NCBI GenBank assembly: GCA_039621445.1
Contig: CP154954.1
Span: 62,001 to 126,000 of the forward strand
Direction of reading: 5' to 3'
Source of the DNA: Euglena gracilis
Taxonomy: Eukaryota
Length of the DNA: 64,000 nucleotides
The position numbers and the translations under genes are program-made. Shown one piece after another: positions 44,642-57,746 of the stretch. Position 1 is the stretch's first letter; each line of letters opens with the position of its first letter. Below the pieces are notes generated by a model that had not been told where the DNA came from, searched no databases, and saw only the letters and a list, made by a program, of their open reading frames with translations.

Positions 44642-45725
44642 TGGGAAGTTTAATTTATTTAATTGTCTCTTAGTGAGTTTATTTATTAATATTAACTCGA
44701 TTTTCGAGTAATTTTTATGACTGCCGTTACGTTAGTGTTTTATTGCATGGATAAATGTATTGTGGTATAATTAAACCAAGGAATTTGTCAAACCACGTTT
44801 CCTTTAAGTTTGAATTTTTTTTGGCCAAAACATGATGCTTCCGAAAAAATAAGACAATCTGTTTATAGAAATCAGTGAATTTCGTAATATTTTTCTTTTA
44901 AAATTTTAAACGATATGAATAATATCCTCGAGTGTTTGGAAAATGACTATGTTTCTTCGCTAATATAAAAGATTAATCACAAAATTCAACAAGATAGGTT
45001 GAATCATAGTGAGAATATTAGGTAATCTTCTGATAAGAGTTTTATTTTGTTGTACATTATAGTTATTGCTACTTTGTATTTGGTTCTTTGTGTTATGTGT
45101 GTGCTTTTTAGTTGTAAATTTTTTTTTAGTAAGAAGCGTGTCGTTCATTGTCGATTTGGACGAATATTTATAAAATGCTACAAGAGACCAAAATGTCTTT
45201 ATACTTCTTATATTGCTGCTGAGTACCCTATATTTTGTGATATTGAAAAATATTAAGGTAAGGTTCCTAGACTTTCATACGTAAATGCTCATGCGCACAG
45301 TTTAGGTGTTATGCTTTTATCCCTGATCTTGTGAATTCTTTTCATTCACAAGAAATAACTTAGCTTAATTCCTAGTGTAAATTTTTCCGTACTTTAACGT
45401 GTGGCTGGGACAATTTTTTTATTTTTAATTAAAATACCGTATAAATTTTAAAAAATAAAAAAATCAAAAGGAAAATTTTTTATTTTTCAAAGATCACTAT
45501 TATCTTTTATTATTATAGAATACCTTTGATAAGGGTAGGGTCGTGGATTGAATCCTTGTATTAGCCAAATATTTCTTTTCTTTAAAATCCTAAGGCGTAG
45601 GTCTCCAAAACCTGATGTAGTAGGTTCGAATCCTACAAAGCGCGCTTTTAGTGGGCACATTATAGTAAATGTGCCCCTTGCTTGGTCACCAAGAGGGTGA
45701 GAGGATTTGACCAACTTTGATGTTT

Positions 45726-46469
45726 TGGAAATGACGAGTTTGATCCTTGCTCAGGGTGAACGCTGGCGGTATGCTTAACACATGCAAGTTGAACGAAATT
45801 ACTAGCAATAGTAATTTAGTGGCGGACGGGTGAGTAATATGTAAGAATCTGCGCTTGGGTGAGGAATAACAGATGGAAACGTTTGCTAATGCCTCATAAT
45901 TTACTAGATCTATGTGAGTAGCTAGTTAAAGAGAATTTCGCCTAGGCATGAGCTTGCATCTGATTAGCTTGTTGGTGAGGTAAAGGCTTACCAAGGCGAC
46001 GATCAGTAGCTGATTTGAGAGGATGATCAGCCACACTGGGATTGAGAACGGAACAGACTTCTACGGAAGGCAGCAGTGAGGAATTTTCCGCAATGGGCGC
46101 AAGCCTGACGGAGCAATACCGCGTGAAGGAAGACGGCCTTTGGGTTGTAAACTTCTTTTCTCAAAGAAGAAGAAATGACGGTATTTGAGGAATAAGCATC
46201 GGCTAATTCCGTGCCAGCAGCCGCGGTAATACGGGAGATGCGAGCGTTATCCGGAATTATTGGGCGTAAAGAGTTTGTAGGCGGTCAAGTGTGTTTAATG
46301 TTAAAAGTCAAAGCTTAACTTTGGAAGGGCATTAAAAACTGCTAGACTTGAGTATGGTAGGGGTGAAGGGAATTTCCAGTGTAGCGGTGAAATGCGTAGA
46401 GATTGGAAAGAACACCAATGGCGAAGGCACTTTTCTAGGCCAATACTGACGCTGAGAAACGAAAGCTGA

Positions 46470-46501
<32 letters not shown>

Positions 46502-46594
46502 TTGGCCGTAAACTATGGATACTAAGTGGTGCTGAAAGTGCACTGCTGTAGTTAACACGTTAAGTATCCCGCCTGGGGAGTACGCTTGCACAAG

Positions 46595-46675
<81 letters not shown>

Positions 46676-46743
46676 AGGATTTGACAGGATCTAGGAGGAA
46701 GTTTGAAAGAACGCAGTACCTTCGGGTATCTAGACACAGGTGG

Positions 46744-46808
<65 letters not shown>

Positions 46809-47064
46809 TTTTTTAATTAACGCTTGTCATTTAGAAATACTGCTGGTTATTACCGGAGGAAGGTGAGGACGACGTCAAGTCATCATGCCCCTTATATCCT
46901 GGGCTACACACGTGCTACAATGGTTAAGACAATAAGTTGCAATTTTGTGAAAATGAGCTAATCTTAAAACTTAGCCTAAGTTCGGATTGTAGGCTGAAAC
47001 TCGCCTACATGAAGCCGGAATCGCTAGTAATCGCCGGTCAGCTATACGGCGGTGAATACGTTCT

Positions 47065-47102
<38 letters not shown>

Positions 47103-47221
47103 GGCTGTGCCCGAAGTTATTATCTTGCCTGAAAAGAGGGAAATACCTAAGGCCTGGCTGGTGACTGGGGTGAAGTCGTAACAAGGTAGCCGTACTGGAA
47201 GGTGTGGCTGGAACAACTCCC
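45726..47221 (+). rRNA. rrs: 16S rRNA copy 3
   Basis: Conserved 16S motifs. Confidence 0.97.
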
Positions 47222-47307
47222 TTTAGTTTTTTAACTAAAAAAATGTATAGATTGGAAACAATGAAAAATAAAAAAAATAAGTAGGGAAACCTCTTATTTT
47301 TCCAAGA

Positions 47308-47381
47308 GGGCTATTAGCTCAGTTGGTTAGAGCATACCCTTGATAAGGGTAAGGTCGCTAGTTCAAGTCTAGCATGGCCCT
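47308..47381 (+). tRNA. trnI: tRNA-Ile(GAU)
   Basis: Spacer tRNA. Confidence 0.95.
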
Positions 47382-47390
47382 CTTGGTTTT

Positions 47391-47463
47391 GGGGGTATAG
47401 CTCAGTTGGTAGAGCGCTGCCTTTGCAAGGCAGATGTCAGCGGTTCGAGTCCGCTTATCTCCA
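47391..47463 (+). tRNA. trnA: tRNA-Ala(UGC)
   Basis: Spacer tRNA. Confidence 0.95.
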
Positions 47464-47481
47464 AAAAGGTTTTGATGTAGG

Positions 47482-49401
47482 TTCAAATGAACAAGGGCTT
47501 ATGCGGGATTGCTTGGCATTTAGAGTCGAAGAAGGGCGTAGAAATTAACGATATGCTTTAGGGAGCTAAAGACGAGCTTTAATCTAAAGATTCCCGAATG
47601 GGGCAACCTATTACTTTAACATTACAATGAAATGGTATACAAATAATGTAGAGAACTTGGTGAACTGAAACATCTTAGTAGCCGAAGGAAAAGAAAGCAA
47701 AAGCGATTTTCTTATTAGTGGCGAGCTAACGGAAATCAGCCTAAACCTTTATGGGTGTTGTGGGTATATTATAATTACTGAAAAAGATAGAGAATTTGTT
47801 GAAAACAAAATCAAAGAGGGTTTTAAATCCCGTATTTGTTTTTAAAAAGTAATTTTTGATTTTCCCGAGTAGCATAGAGCACGTGGAATTCTGTGTGAAT
47901 CAGCGAGGACCATCTCGTAAGGCTAAATACTCCTAAATGACCGATAGTGTACGAGTACCGTGAGGGAAAGCTGAAATAGAACACTGAGAAGTGAGTGAAA
48001 TAGAATATGAAAGCATAAGTTTACAAGCAGTAGGAGATCTATTTAAAGATTGACTGTGTGCCTGTTGAAGAATGAGCCGGCGACTTATAGGTGATGGCAA
48101 GGTTAAGGTTTTTCCGGAGCCATAGTGAAATCGAGCTTAAATAAAGCGAAAAACTTTCTTCTTGAAAGTTTATGTCATTGCTTATAGACCCGAACCCAGG
48201 TGATCTAATCATGGTCAGGTTGAAGTTTTGGTAAAACAGAATGGAGGACCGAACCCACCAATGTTGAAAAATTGGGGGATGAACTGTGATTAGGGGAGAA
48301 ATTCCAATCGAACTTGGAGCTAGCTGGATCTCTTCGAAATGCGTTGAGGCGCAGCGTTTAATTATGGTAAACATTAGGGGTAAAGCACTGTTTCGATGCG
48401 GGCTATGAAAATGGTACCAAGTTGTGGCAAACTCTGAATACTAAGTTATATTTCAATTAATCAGTGAGACAGTGGGGGATAAGCTTCATTGTCAAGAGGG
48501 AAGCAGCCCAGATCACTACTTAAGGCCCCTAAATAATTACTAAGTGGTAAAGGATGTACTATTACATAGACAACCAGGAGGTTGGCTTAGAAGCAGCCAT
48601 TCCTTTAAAAAGTGCGTAATAGCTTACTGGTCAAGTGATAGTGCGCCGAAAATGAACGGGACTAAGTAATTTGCCGAAGGTGTGAGAGAAATCGGTAGAA
48701 GAGCGTTCTGTGTTGAAGAGAAGGAATAGTGAAAATAGTTCTGGATTAAACAGAAGTGAGAATGTCGGCTTAAGTAACGAAAACATTGGTGAAAATCCTA
48801 TGCTCCGAAAACCTAAGGTTTCCTTAGCCAGGTTCGTCCTCTAAGGGTTAGTCAGGTCCTAAAATAAGGTTTAACAACGTAAATTGATGGATGACAGGTT
48901 AATATTCCTGTACCGAATGCTCACTTGTAAGGAGTGACGAAAAAGGCTAGATCGGCCACGTGATGGTTTGTGGTTTAAGGGTTCAAGAGGTATCAAATAT
49001 TAAAAAAAATATTTTGTCTTAAGGCCTGAATAGTATAAATACTACGGTATTGAAAGTGATTGATGTCATGTTTCCAAGAAAAACTTTTGTTTATGTATAG
49101 TGAGCTCGCCTGTACCGTAAACTGACACAGGTAGGTTAGTAGAATATACTAAGGAGCGCGAGATAACTCTTTCTAAGGAACTCGGCAAAATGACTTCGTA
49201 ACTTCGGAAGAAGAAGTACCTCTAATGAGGTGGCAGAAAAGAGGTCCAAGCGACTGCTTACCAAAAGCACAGGTCTCCGCGAAGTTGAAAAACGATGTAT
49301 GGGGGCCGAGGCCTGCTCAGTGCAGGAAGGTTAAAGAAATTGGTTAGCGTAAGCAAAGCTAGTGACTGAAGCCCCTGTGAACAGCGGCAATAACTATAAT
49401 T

Positions 49402-49454
<53 letters not shown>

Positions 49455-49942
49455 TTAACGATTTGGACACTGTCTCAGAAAGAGACTCGGTGAAATAGAA
49501 TTGACTGTGAAGATGCGGTCTACTTGCACTTGGACAGAAAGACCCTATGAAGCTTTACTGTATCCTGAAATTGGTTTCGGGCTTTTTTTGCGCAGAATAG
49601 GTGGGAGGCTATGATCTTGTCTTTTGGGATACGGGGAGCCGAAAAATGAGATACCACTCTGAGAAAGCTAGAAATCTAATCTTAATCTTATGTACAATCA
49701 TGATAATTGACAGTTTCAGGTGGGCAGTTTTACTGGGGCGGTAGCCTCCTAAAAAGTAACGGAGGCGTACAAAGGTTTTCTCAGGCTAGACGGAAATTAG
49801 TTGTGGAGTGTAAAGGCATAAGAAAGCTTGACTGTGAGACTTATAAGTCAAACAGAGACTAAAGTCGGTCTTAGTGACCCGACGGTGCTGTATGGAAAGG
49901 CCGTCGTAAACAGATAAAAGTTACTCTAGGGATAACAGGCTG

Positions 49943-50002
<60 letters not shown>

Positions 50003-50019
50003 ACCTGGGGCGGTAGTAC

Positions 50020-50054
<35 letters not shown>

Positions 50055-50368
50055 TACGTGAGCTGGGTTCAGAACGTCGAGAGACAGTTCGGTCCATATC
50101 CGGTGTGAGCGTTAGAGTATTGAAAGGCGCTTTCCTTAGTACGAGAGGACCGGGAAGGACGCACCACTGATGTACCAGTTTTTGTGCCAACAGAATACGC
50201 TGGGTAGTCAAGTGCGGAGTGGATAACTGCTGAAAGCATATAAGTAGGAAGCCCACCTTAAGATAAGTACTCTTCATAGGTCACGGTAAGACGAACCGTT
50301 TGATAGGTATTAGGTGTACAATTGGTAACAATTTTAGCCGAGATATACTAACCGACCGAAAATTTTTT
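47482..50368 (+). rRNA. rrl: 23S rRNA copy 3
   Basis: Near-identical repeat. Confidence 0.95.
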
Positions 50369-50445
50369 CCTATATGAAAACAAAACATTTATTTTTACTT
50401 GTCACTTTTTTAAGATTTAAAAGTTTCTTGAATGAACTTTTATTT

Positions 50446-50561
50446 TAGGGTGCTCTTGTCTTTATGGATCCACTTAAAACATTTCGAACTTGCAAGTTAA
50501 ACATAAAGGGTAAATAGATACTTGAAAGGTTACTTTCCGGGAAAAGATTTTAGTGCCCTTA
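50446..50561 (+). rRNA. rrf: 5S rRNA copy 3
   Basis: Same sequence as copies 1 and 2. Confidence 0.88.
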
Positions 50562-51645
50562 TGGGAAGTTTAATTTATTTAATTGTCTCTTAGTGAGTTT
50601 ATTTATTAATATTAACTCGATTTTCGAGTAATTTTTATGACTGCCGTTACGTTAGTGTTTTATTGCATGGATAAATGTATTGTGGTATAATTAAACCAAG
50701 GAATTTGTCAAACCACGTTTCCTTTAAGTTTGAATTTTTTTTGGCCAAAACATGATGCTTCGGAAAAAATAAGACAATCTGTTTATAGAAATCAGTGAAT
50801 TTCGTAATATTTTTCTTTTAAAATTTTAAACGATATGAATAATATCCTCGAGTGTTTGGAAAATGACTATGTTTCTTCGCTAATATAAAAGATTAATCAC
50901 AAAATTCAACAAGATAGGTTGAATCATAGTGAGAATATTAGGTAATCTTCTGATAAGAGTTTTATTTTGTTGTACATTATAGTTATTGCTACTTTGTATT
51001 TGGTTCTTTGTGTTATGTGTGTGCTTTTTAGTTGTAAATCTTTTGCTAGTAAGAAGCGTGTCGTTCATTGTCGATTTGGACGAATATTTATAAAATGCTA
51101 CAAGAGACCAAAATGTCTTTATACTTCTTATATTGCTGCTGAGTACCCTATATTTTGTGATATTGAAAAATATTAAGGTAAGGTTCCTAGACTTTCATAC
51201 GTAAATGCTCATGCGCACAGTTTAGGTGTTATGCTTTTACCCCTGATCTTGTGAATTCTTTTCATTCACAAGAAATAACTTAGCTTAATTCCTAGTGTAA
51301 ATTTTTCCGTACTTTAACGTGTGGCTGGGACAATTTTTTTATTTTTAATTAAAATACCGTATAAATTTTAAAAAATAAAAAAATCAAAAGGAAAATTTTT
51401 TATTTTTCAAAGATCACTATTATCTTTTATTATTATAGAATACCTTTGATAAGGGTAGGGTCGTGGATTGAATCCTTGTATTAGCCAAATATTTCTTTTC
51501 TTTAAAATCCTAAGGCGTAGGTCTCCAAAACCTGATGTAGTAGGTTCGAATCCTACAAAGCGCGCTTTTAGTGTACACATTATAGTAAATGTGCCCCTTG
51601 CTTGGTCACCAAGAGGGTGAGAGGATTTGACCAACTTTGATGTTT

Positions 51646-52389
51646 TGGAAATGACGAGTTTGATCCTTGCTCAGGGTGAACGCTGGCGGTATGCTTAACA
51701 CATGCAAGTTGAACGAAATTACTAGCAATAGTAATTTAGTGGCGGACGGGTGAGTAATATGTAAGAATCTGCGCTTGGGCGAGGAATAACAGATGGAAAC
51801 GTTTGCTAATGCCTCATAATTTACTAGATCTATGTGAGTAGCTAGTTAAAGAGAATTTCGCCTAGGCATGAGCTTGCATCTGATTAGCTTGTTGGTGAGG
51901 TAAAGGCTTACCAAGGCGACGATCAGTAGCTGATTTGAGAGGATGATCAGCCACACTGGGATTGAGAACGGAACAGACTTCTACGGAAGGCAGCAGTGAG
52001 GAATTTTCCGCAATGGGCGCAAGCCTGACGGAGCAATACCGCGTGAAGGAAGACGGCCTTTGGGTTGTAAACTTCTTTTCTCAAAGAAGAAGAAATGACG
52101 GTATTTGAGGAATAAGCATCGGCTAATTCCGTGCCAGCAGCCGCGGTAATACGGGAGATGCGAGCGTTATCCGGAATTATTGGGCGTAAAGAGTTTGTAG
52201 GCGGTCAAGTGTGTTTAATGTTAAAAGTCAAAGCTTAACTTTGGAAGGGCATTAAAAACTGCTAGACTTGAGTATGGTAGGGGTGAAGGGAATTTCCAGT
52301 GTAGCGGTGAAATGCGTAGAGATTGGAAAGAACACCAATGGCGAAGGCACTTTTCTAGGCCAATACTGACGCTGAGAAACGAAAGCTGA

Positions 52390-52421
<32 letters not shown>

Positions 52422-52514
52422 TTGGCCGTAAACTATGGATACTAAGTGGTGCTGAAAGTGCACTGCTGTAGTTAACACGTTAAGTATCCCGCCTGGGGAG
52501 TACGCTTGCACAAG

Positions 52515-52595
<81 letters not shown>

Positions 52596-52663
52596 AGGAT
52601 TTGACAGGATCTAGGAGGAAGTTTGAAAGAACGCAGTACCTTCGGGTATCTAGACACAGGTGG

Positions 52664-52728
<65 letters not shown>

Positions 52729-52984
52729 TTTTTTAATTAACGCTTGTCATTTAGAAATACTGCTGGTTATTACCGGAGGAAGGTGAGGACGACGTCAAGT
52801 CATCATGCCCCTTATATCCTGGGCTACACACGTGCTACAATGGTTAAGACAATAAGTTGCAATTTTGTGAAAATGAGCTAATCTTAAAACTTAGCCTAAG
52901 TTCGGATTGTAGGCTGAAACTCGCCTACATGAAGCCGGAATCGCTAGTAATCGCCGGTCAGCTATACGGCGGTGAATACGTTCT

Positions 52985-53022
<38 letters not shown>

Positions 53023-53141
53023 GGCTGTGCCCGAAGTTATTATCTTGCCTGAAAAGAGGGAAATACCTAAGGCCTGGCTGGTGACTGGGGTGAAGTCGTA
53101 ACAAGGTAGCCGTACTGGAAGGTGTGGCTGGAACAACTCCC
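51646..53141 (+). rRNA. rrs: 16S rRNA copy 4
   Basis: Conserved 16S motifs. Confidence 0.97.
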
Positions 53142-53227
53142 TTTAGTTTTTTAACTAAAAAAATGTATAGATTGGAAACAATGAAAAATAAAAAAAATAA
53201 GTAGGGAAACCTCTTATTTTTCCAAGA

Positions 53228-53301
53228 GGGCTATTAGCTCAGTTGGTTAGAGCATACCCTTGATAAGGGTAAGGTCGCTAGTTCAAGTCTAGCATGGCCC
53301 T
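53228..53301 (+). tRNA. trnI: tRNA-Ile(GAU)
   Basis: Spacer tRNA. Confidence 0.95.
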
Positions 53302-53310
53302 CTTGGTTTT

Positions 53311-53383
53311 GGGGGTATAGCTCAGTTGGTAGAGCGCTGCCTTTGCAAGGCAGATGTCAGCGGTTCGAGTCCGCTTATCTCCA
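53311..53383 (+). tRNA. trnA: tRNA-Ala(UGC)
   Basis: Spacer tRNA. Confidence 0.95.
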
Positions 53384-53401
53384 AAAAGGTTTTGATGTAG
53401 G

Positions 53402-55321
53402 TTCAAATGAACAAGGGCTTATGCGGGATTGCTTGGCATTTAGAGTCGAAGAAGGGCGTAGAAATTAACGATATGCTTTAGGGAGCTAAAGACGAGCTTT
53501 AATCTAAAGATTCCCGAATGGGGCAACCTATTACTTTAACATTACAATGAAATGGTATACAAATAATGTAGAGAACTTGGTGAACTGAAACATCTTAGTA
53601 GCCGAAGGAAAAGAAAGCAAAAGCGATTTTCTTATTAGTGGCGAGCTAACGGAAATCAGCCTAAACCTTTATGGGTGTTGTGGGTATATTATAATTACTG
53701 AAAAAGATAGAGAATTTGTTGAAAACAAAATCAAAGAGGGTTTTAAATCCCGTATTTGTTTTTAAAAAGTAATTTTTGATTTTCCCGAGTAGCATAGAGC
53801 ACGTGGAATTCTGTGTGAATCAGCGAGGACCATCTCGTAAGGCTAAATACTCCTAAATGACCGATAGTGTACGAGTACCGTGAGGGAAAGCTGAAATAGA
53901 ACACTGAGAAGTGAGTGAAATAGAATATGAAAGCATAAGTTTACAAGCAGTAGGAGATCTATTTAAAGATTGACTGTGTGCCTGTTGAAGAATGAGCCGG
54001 CGACTTATAGGTGATGGCAAGGTTAAGGTTTTTCCGGAGCCATAGTGAAATCGAGCTTAAATAAAGCGAAAAACTTTCTTCTTGAAAGTTTATGTCATTG
54101 CTTATAGACCCGAACCCAGGTGATCTAATCATGGTCAGGTTGAAGTTTTGGTAAAACAGAATGGAGGACCGAACCCACCAATGTTGAAAAATTGGGGGAT
54201 GAACTGTGATTAGGGGAGAAATTCCAATCGAACTTGGAGCTAGCTGGATCTCTTCGAAATGCGTTGAGGCGCAGCGTTTAATTATGGTAAACATTAGGGG
54301 TAAAGCACTGTTTCGATGCGGGCTATGAAAATGGTACCAAGTTGTGGCAAACTCTGAATACTAAGTTATATTTCAATTAATCAGTGAGACAGTGGGGGAT
54401 AAGCTTCATTGTCAAGAGGGAAACAGCCCAGATCACTACTTAAGGCCCCTAAATAATTACTAAGTGGTAAAGGATGTACTATTACATAGACAACCAGGAG
54501 GTTGGCTTAGAAGCAGCCATTCCTTTAAAAAGTGCGTAATAGCTTACTGGTCAAGTGATAGTGCGCCGAAAATGAACGGGACTAAGTAATTTGCCGAAGG
54601 TGTGAGAGAAATCGGTAGAAGAGCGTTCTGTGTTGAAGAGAAGGAATAGTGAAAATAGTTCTGGATTAAACAGAAGTGAGAATGTCGGCTTAAGTAACGA
54701 AAACATTGGTGAAAATCCTATGCTCCGAAAACCTAAGGTTTCCTTAGCCAGGTTCGTCCTCTAAGGGTTAGTCAGGTCCTAAAATAAGGTTTAACAACGT
54801 AAATTGATGGATGACAGGTTAATATTCCTGTACCGAATGCTCACTTGTAAGGAGTGACGAAAAAGGCTAGATCGGCCACGTGATGGTTTGTGGTTTAAGG
54901 GTTCAAGAGGTATCAAATATTAAAAAAAATATTTTGTCTTAAGGCCTGAATAGTATAAATACTACGGTATTGAAAGTGATTGATGTCATGTTTCCAAGAA
55001 AAACTTTTGTTTATGTATAGTGAGCTCGCCTGTACCGTAAACTGACACAGGTAGGTTAGTAGAATATACTAAGGAGCGCGAGATAACTCTTTCTAAGGAA
55101 CTCGGCAAAATGACTTCGTAACTTCGGAAGAAGAAGTACCTCTAATGAGGTGGCAGAAAAGAGGTCCAAGCGACTGCTTACCAAAAGCACAGGTCTCCGC
55201 GAAGTTGAAAAACGATGTATGGGGGCCGAGGCCTGCTCAGTGCAGGAAGGTTAAAGAAATTGGTTAGCGTAAGCAAAGCTAGTGACTGAAGCCCCTGTGA
55301 ACAGCGGCAATAACTATAATT

Positions 55322-55374
<53 letters not shown>

Positions 55375-55862
55375 TTAACGATTTGGACACTGTCTCAGAA
55401 AGAGACTCGGTGAAATAGAATTGACTGTGAAGATGCGGTCTACTTGCACTTGGACAGAAAGACCCTATGAAGCTTTACTGTATCCTGAAATTGGTTTCGG
55501 GCTTTTTTTGCGCAGAATAGGTGGGAGGCTATGATCTTGTCTTTTGGGATACGGGGAGCCGAAAAATGAGATACCACTCTGAGAAAGCTAGAAATCTAAT
55601 CTTAATCTTATGTACAATCATGATAATTGACAGTTTCAGGTGGGCAGTTTTACTGGGGCGGTAGCCTCCTAAAAAGTAACGGAGGCGTACAAAGGTTTTC
55701 TCAGGCTAGACGGAAATTAGTTGTGGAGTGTAAAGGCATAAGAAAGCTTGACTGTGAGACTTATAAGTCAAACAGAGACTAAAGTCGGTCTTAGTGACCC
55801 GACGGTGCTGTATGGAAAGGCCGTCGTAAACAGATAAAAGTTACTCTAGGGATAACAGGCTG

Positions 55863-55922
<60 letters not shown>

Positions 55923-55939
55923 ACCTGGGGCGGTAGTAC

Positions 55940-55974
<35 letters not shown>

Positions 55975-56288
55975 TACGTGAGCTGGGTTCAGAACGTCGA
56001 GAGACAGTTCGGTCCATATCCGGTGTGAGCGTTAGAGTATTGAAAGGCGCTTTCCTTAGTACGAGAGGACCGGGAAGGACGCACCACTGATGTACCAGTT
56101 TTTGTGCCAACAGAATACGCTGGGTAGTCAAGTGCGGAGTGGATAACTGCTGAAAGCATATAAGTAGGAAGCCCACCTTAAGATAAGTACTCTTCATAGG
56201 TCACGGTAAGACGAACCGTTTGATAGGTATTAGGTGTACAATTGGTAACAATTTTAGCCGAGATATACTAACCGACCGAAAATTTTTT
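53402..56288 (+). rRNA. rrl: 23S rRNA copy 4
   Basis: Near-identical repeat. Confidence 0.95.
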
Positions 56289-56365
56289 CCTATATGAAAA
56301 CAAAACATTTATTTTTACTTGTCACTTTTTTAAGATTTAAAAGTTTCTTGAATGAACTTTTATTT

Positions 56366-56481
56366 TAGGGTGCTCTTGTCTTTATGGATCCACTTAAAAC
56401 ATTTCGAACTTGCAAGTTAAACATAAAGGGTAAATGGATACTTGGAAGGTTGCTTTCTGGGAAAAGCTTTTAGTGCCCTTA
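56366..56481 (+). rRNA. rrf: 5S rRNA copy 4 (5 substitutions relative to copies 1-3)
   Basis: taaatggatacttggaaggttgctttctgggaaaagc vs taaatagatacttgaaaggttactttccgggaaaaga. Confidence 0.88.
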
Positions 56482-57421
56482 TCGCGAGTTTATTTATTAA
56501 TATTGAGTATGTTTTTGATTGATTTTTATGAATTTTGTCGATTTCTTTGTTAAAGTAGTTAAAATCTTTAAAGTTTTGATAAAAAATTTTTCTCTCAACA
56601 AGTTAAATAATAAAAAAACATCATGTTTGAACTTTTTGTAAAGAAATTTTTAAGACAATCTTTGAATAAAGAAAAAGTGACTCTTAAAAATTTGAACTCT
56701 AATACTTTTTTGGTTATGATTTTTTGTCAATTTAATAATTATTTATACTATTGCTTAAAATTTTTTCTAATATTGAGCTAGTTTAAACTTTGTTATTTTA
56801 CTATAATACCATAAATTTGCCAAACTTTCCTATTACAAGAATTGAAGATTGTTATTTTTTCAAGTTAGGACAAAAATTGTACGTCAATTTTGTTAAAAAT
56901 ACTTTAATTTTTTATGGTTTATTTTCTCTATTGTATGTGTAACACTTGACCTATTTATATTAGTAAAAATGGTTCTAATTTTATCAAATTTCCATCTAAT
57001 CAACTAAATATAGAATTAGAGCATCGTTTTCGTTATAAATTTCAATATAATATTTAATGAAAAAATTTTTTTAATAAAAGCCAAATTTTTATTAAATGGT
57101 AAGAACAAGTAATTTTTTTACAAAAAATATAAATTATTAAATTTTTAGAAAACTCCTATGATATGAAAAAAACAAGACAATAATTTTTTAGTATCAAATT
57201 TAATAAAGAGGCAAATTTTTCAATTTTTAAAGTTTTGAGTTAATAAAAACAATTTGTTCATATAATACCATTTTAATTTTTTCAACTTTTTTGAAAAACT
57301 AATAGTTTTATGTAGTGTAATATCAAAATTTATGTTATAAAAAAACTATTATTTAACAAGAGTTCGTTTATTTTTTTCGAAAATTTATTTATTTAACTCA
57401 GCATCTAATTTGTCTTTAATA

Positions 57422-57529
57422 ATGGAGAGTAATGAAACTAAAAGAGAAGTAAGCATTAACAGGTTGGTTGCAAACTTCCGTAAGAAAGCCTTTGAAAATA
57501 AAGGATTAAAAAAGCTCGTTCTTGGTTAA
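57422..57529 (+). pseudogene. 35-aa remnant resembling the C-terminus of the 351-aa ORF
   Basis: LVANFRKKAFENKGLKKL vs MVKNFRKRACENVDLRQI. Confidence 0.45.
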
Positions 57530-57746
57530 TTAATTTTGGCCATGAAAATAATGCGAAAAATAGTACTTCTGCAAAATTGTATAAACATCGAAGTAATTGT
57601 TTTAAAACATTATTTTTTTAAGGGAACTTTTTGTTTTATTAAATATTAAGGTTAGTTAATTTATATGCATTTAAAATTAATTTTAAAAAATCCATTATAC
57701 TATTAATGTCAAATCAAAGAAACAGACTGTTTGAACTTTGTGAGAA

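Larger units (their letters stand above)
33755..56482 (+). repeat. Tandem direct rDNA array, period ~5920 bp, four operons
   Basis: 16S starts at 33890, 39801, 45726, 51646 (spacings 5911, 5925, 5920). Confidence 0.96.

Noticed and set aside
34716..56197. Recurrent 62-118 aa ORFs inside the rDNA repeats
   Set aside because: Most overlap 16S/23S rRNA or pseudo-tRNAs, the rest are short spacer frames; they recur only because the repeat does
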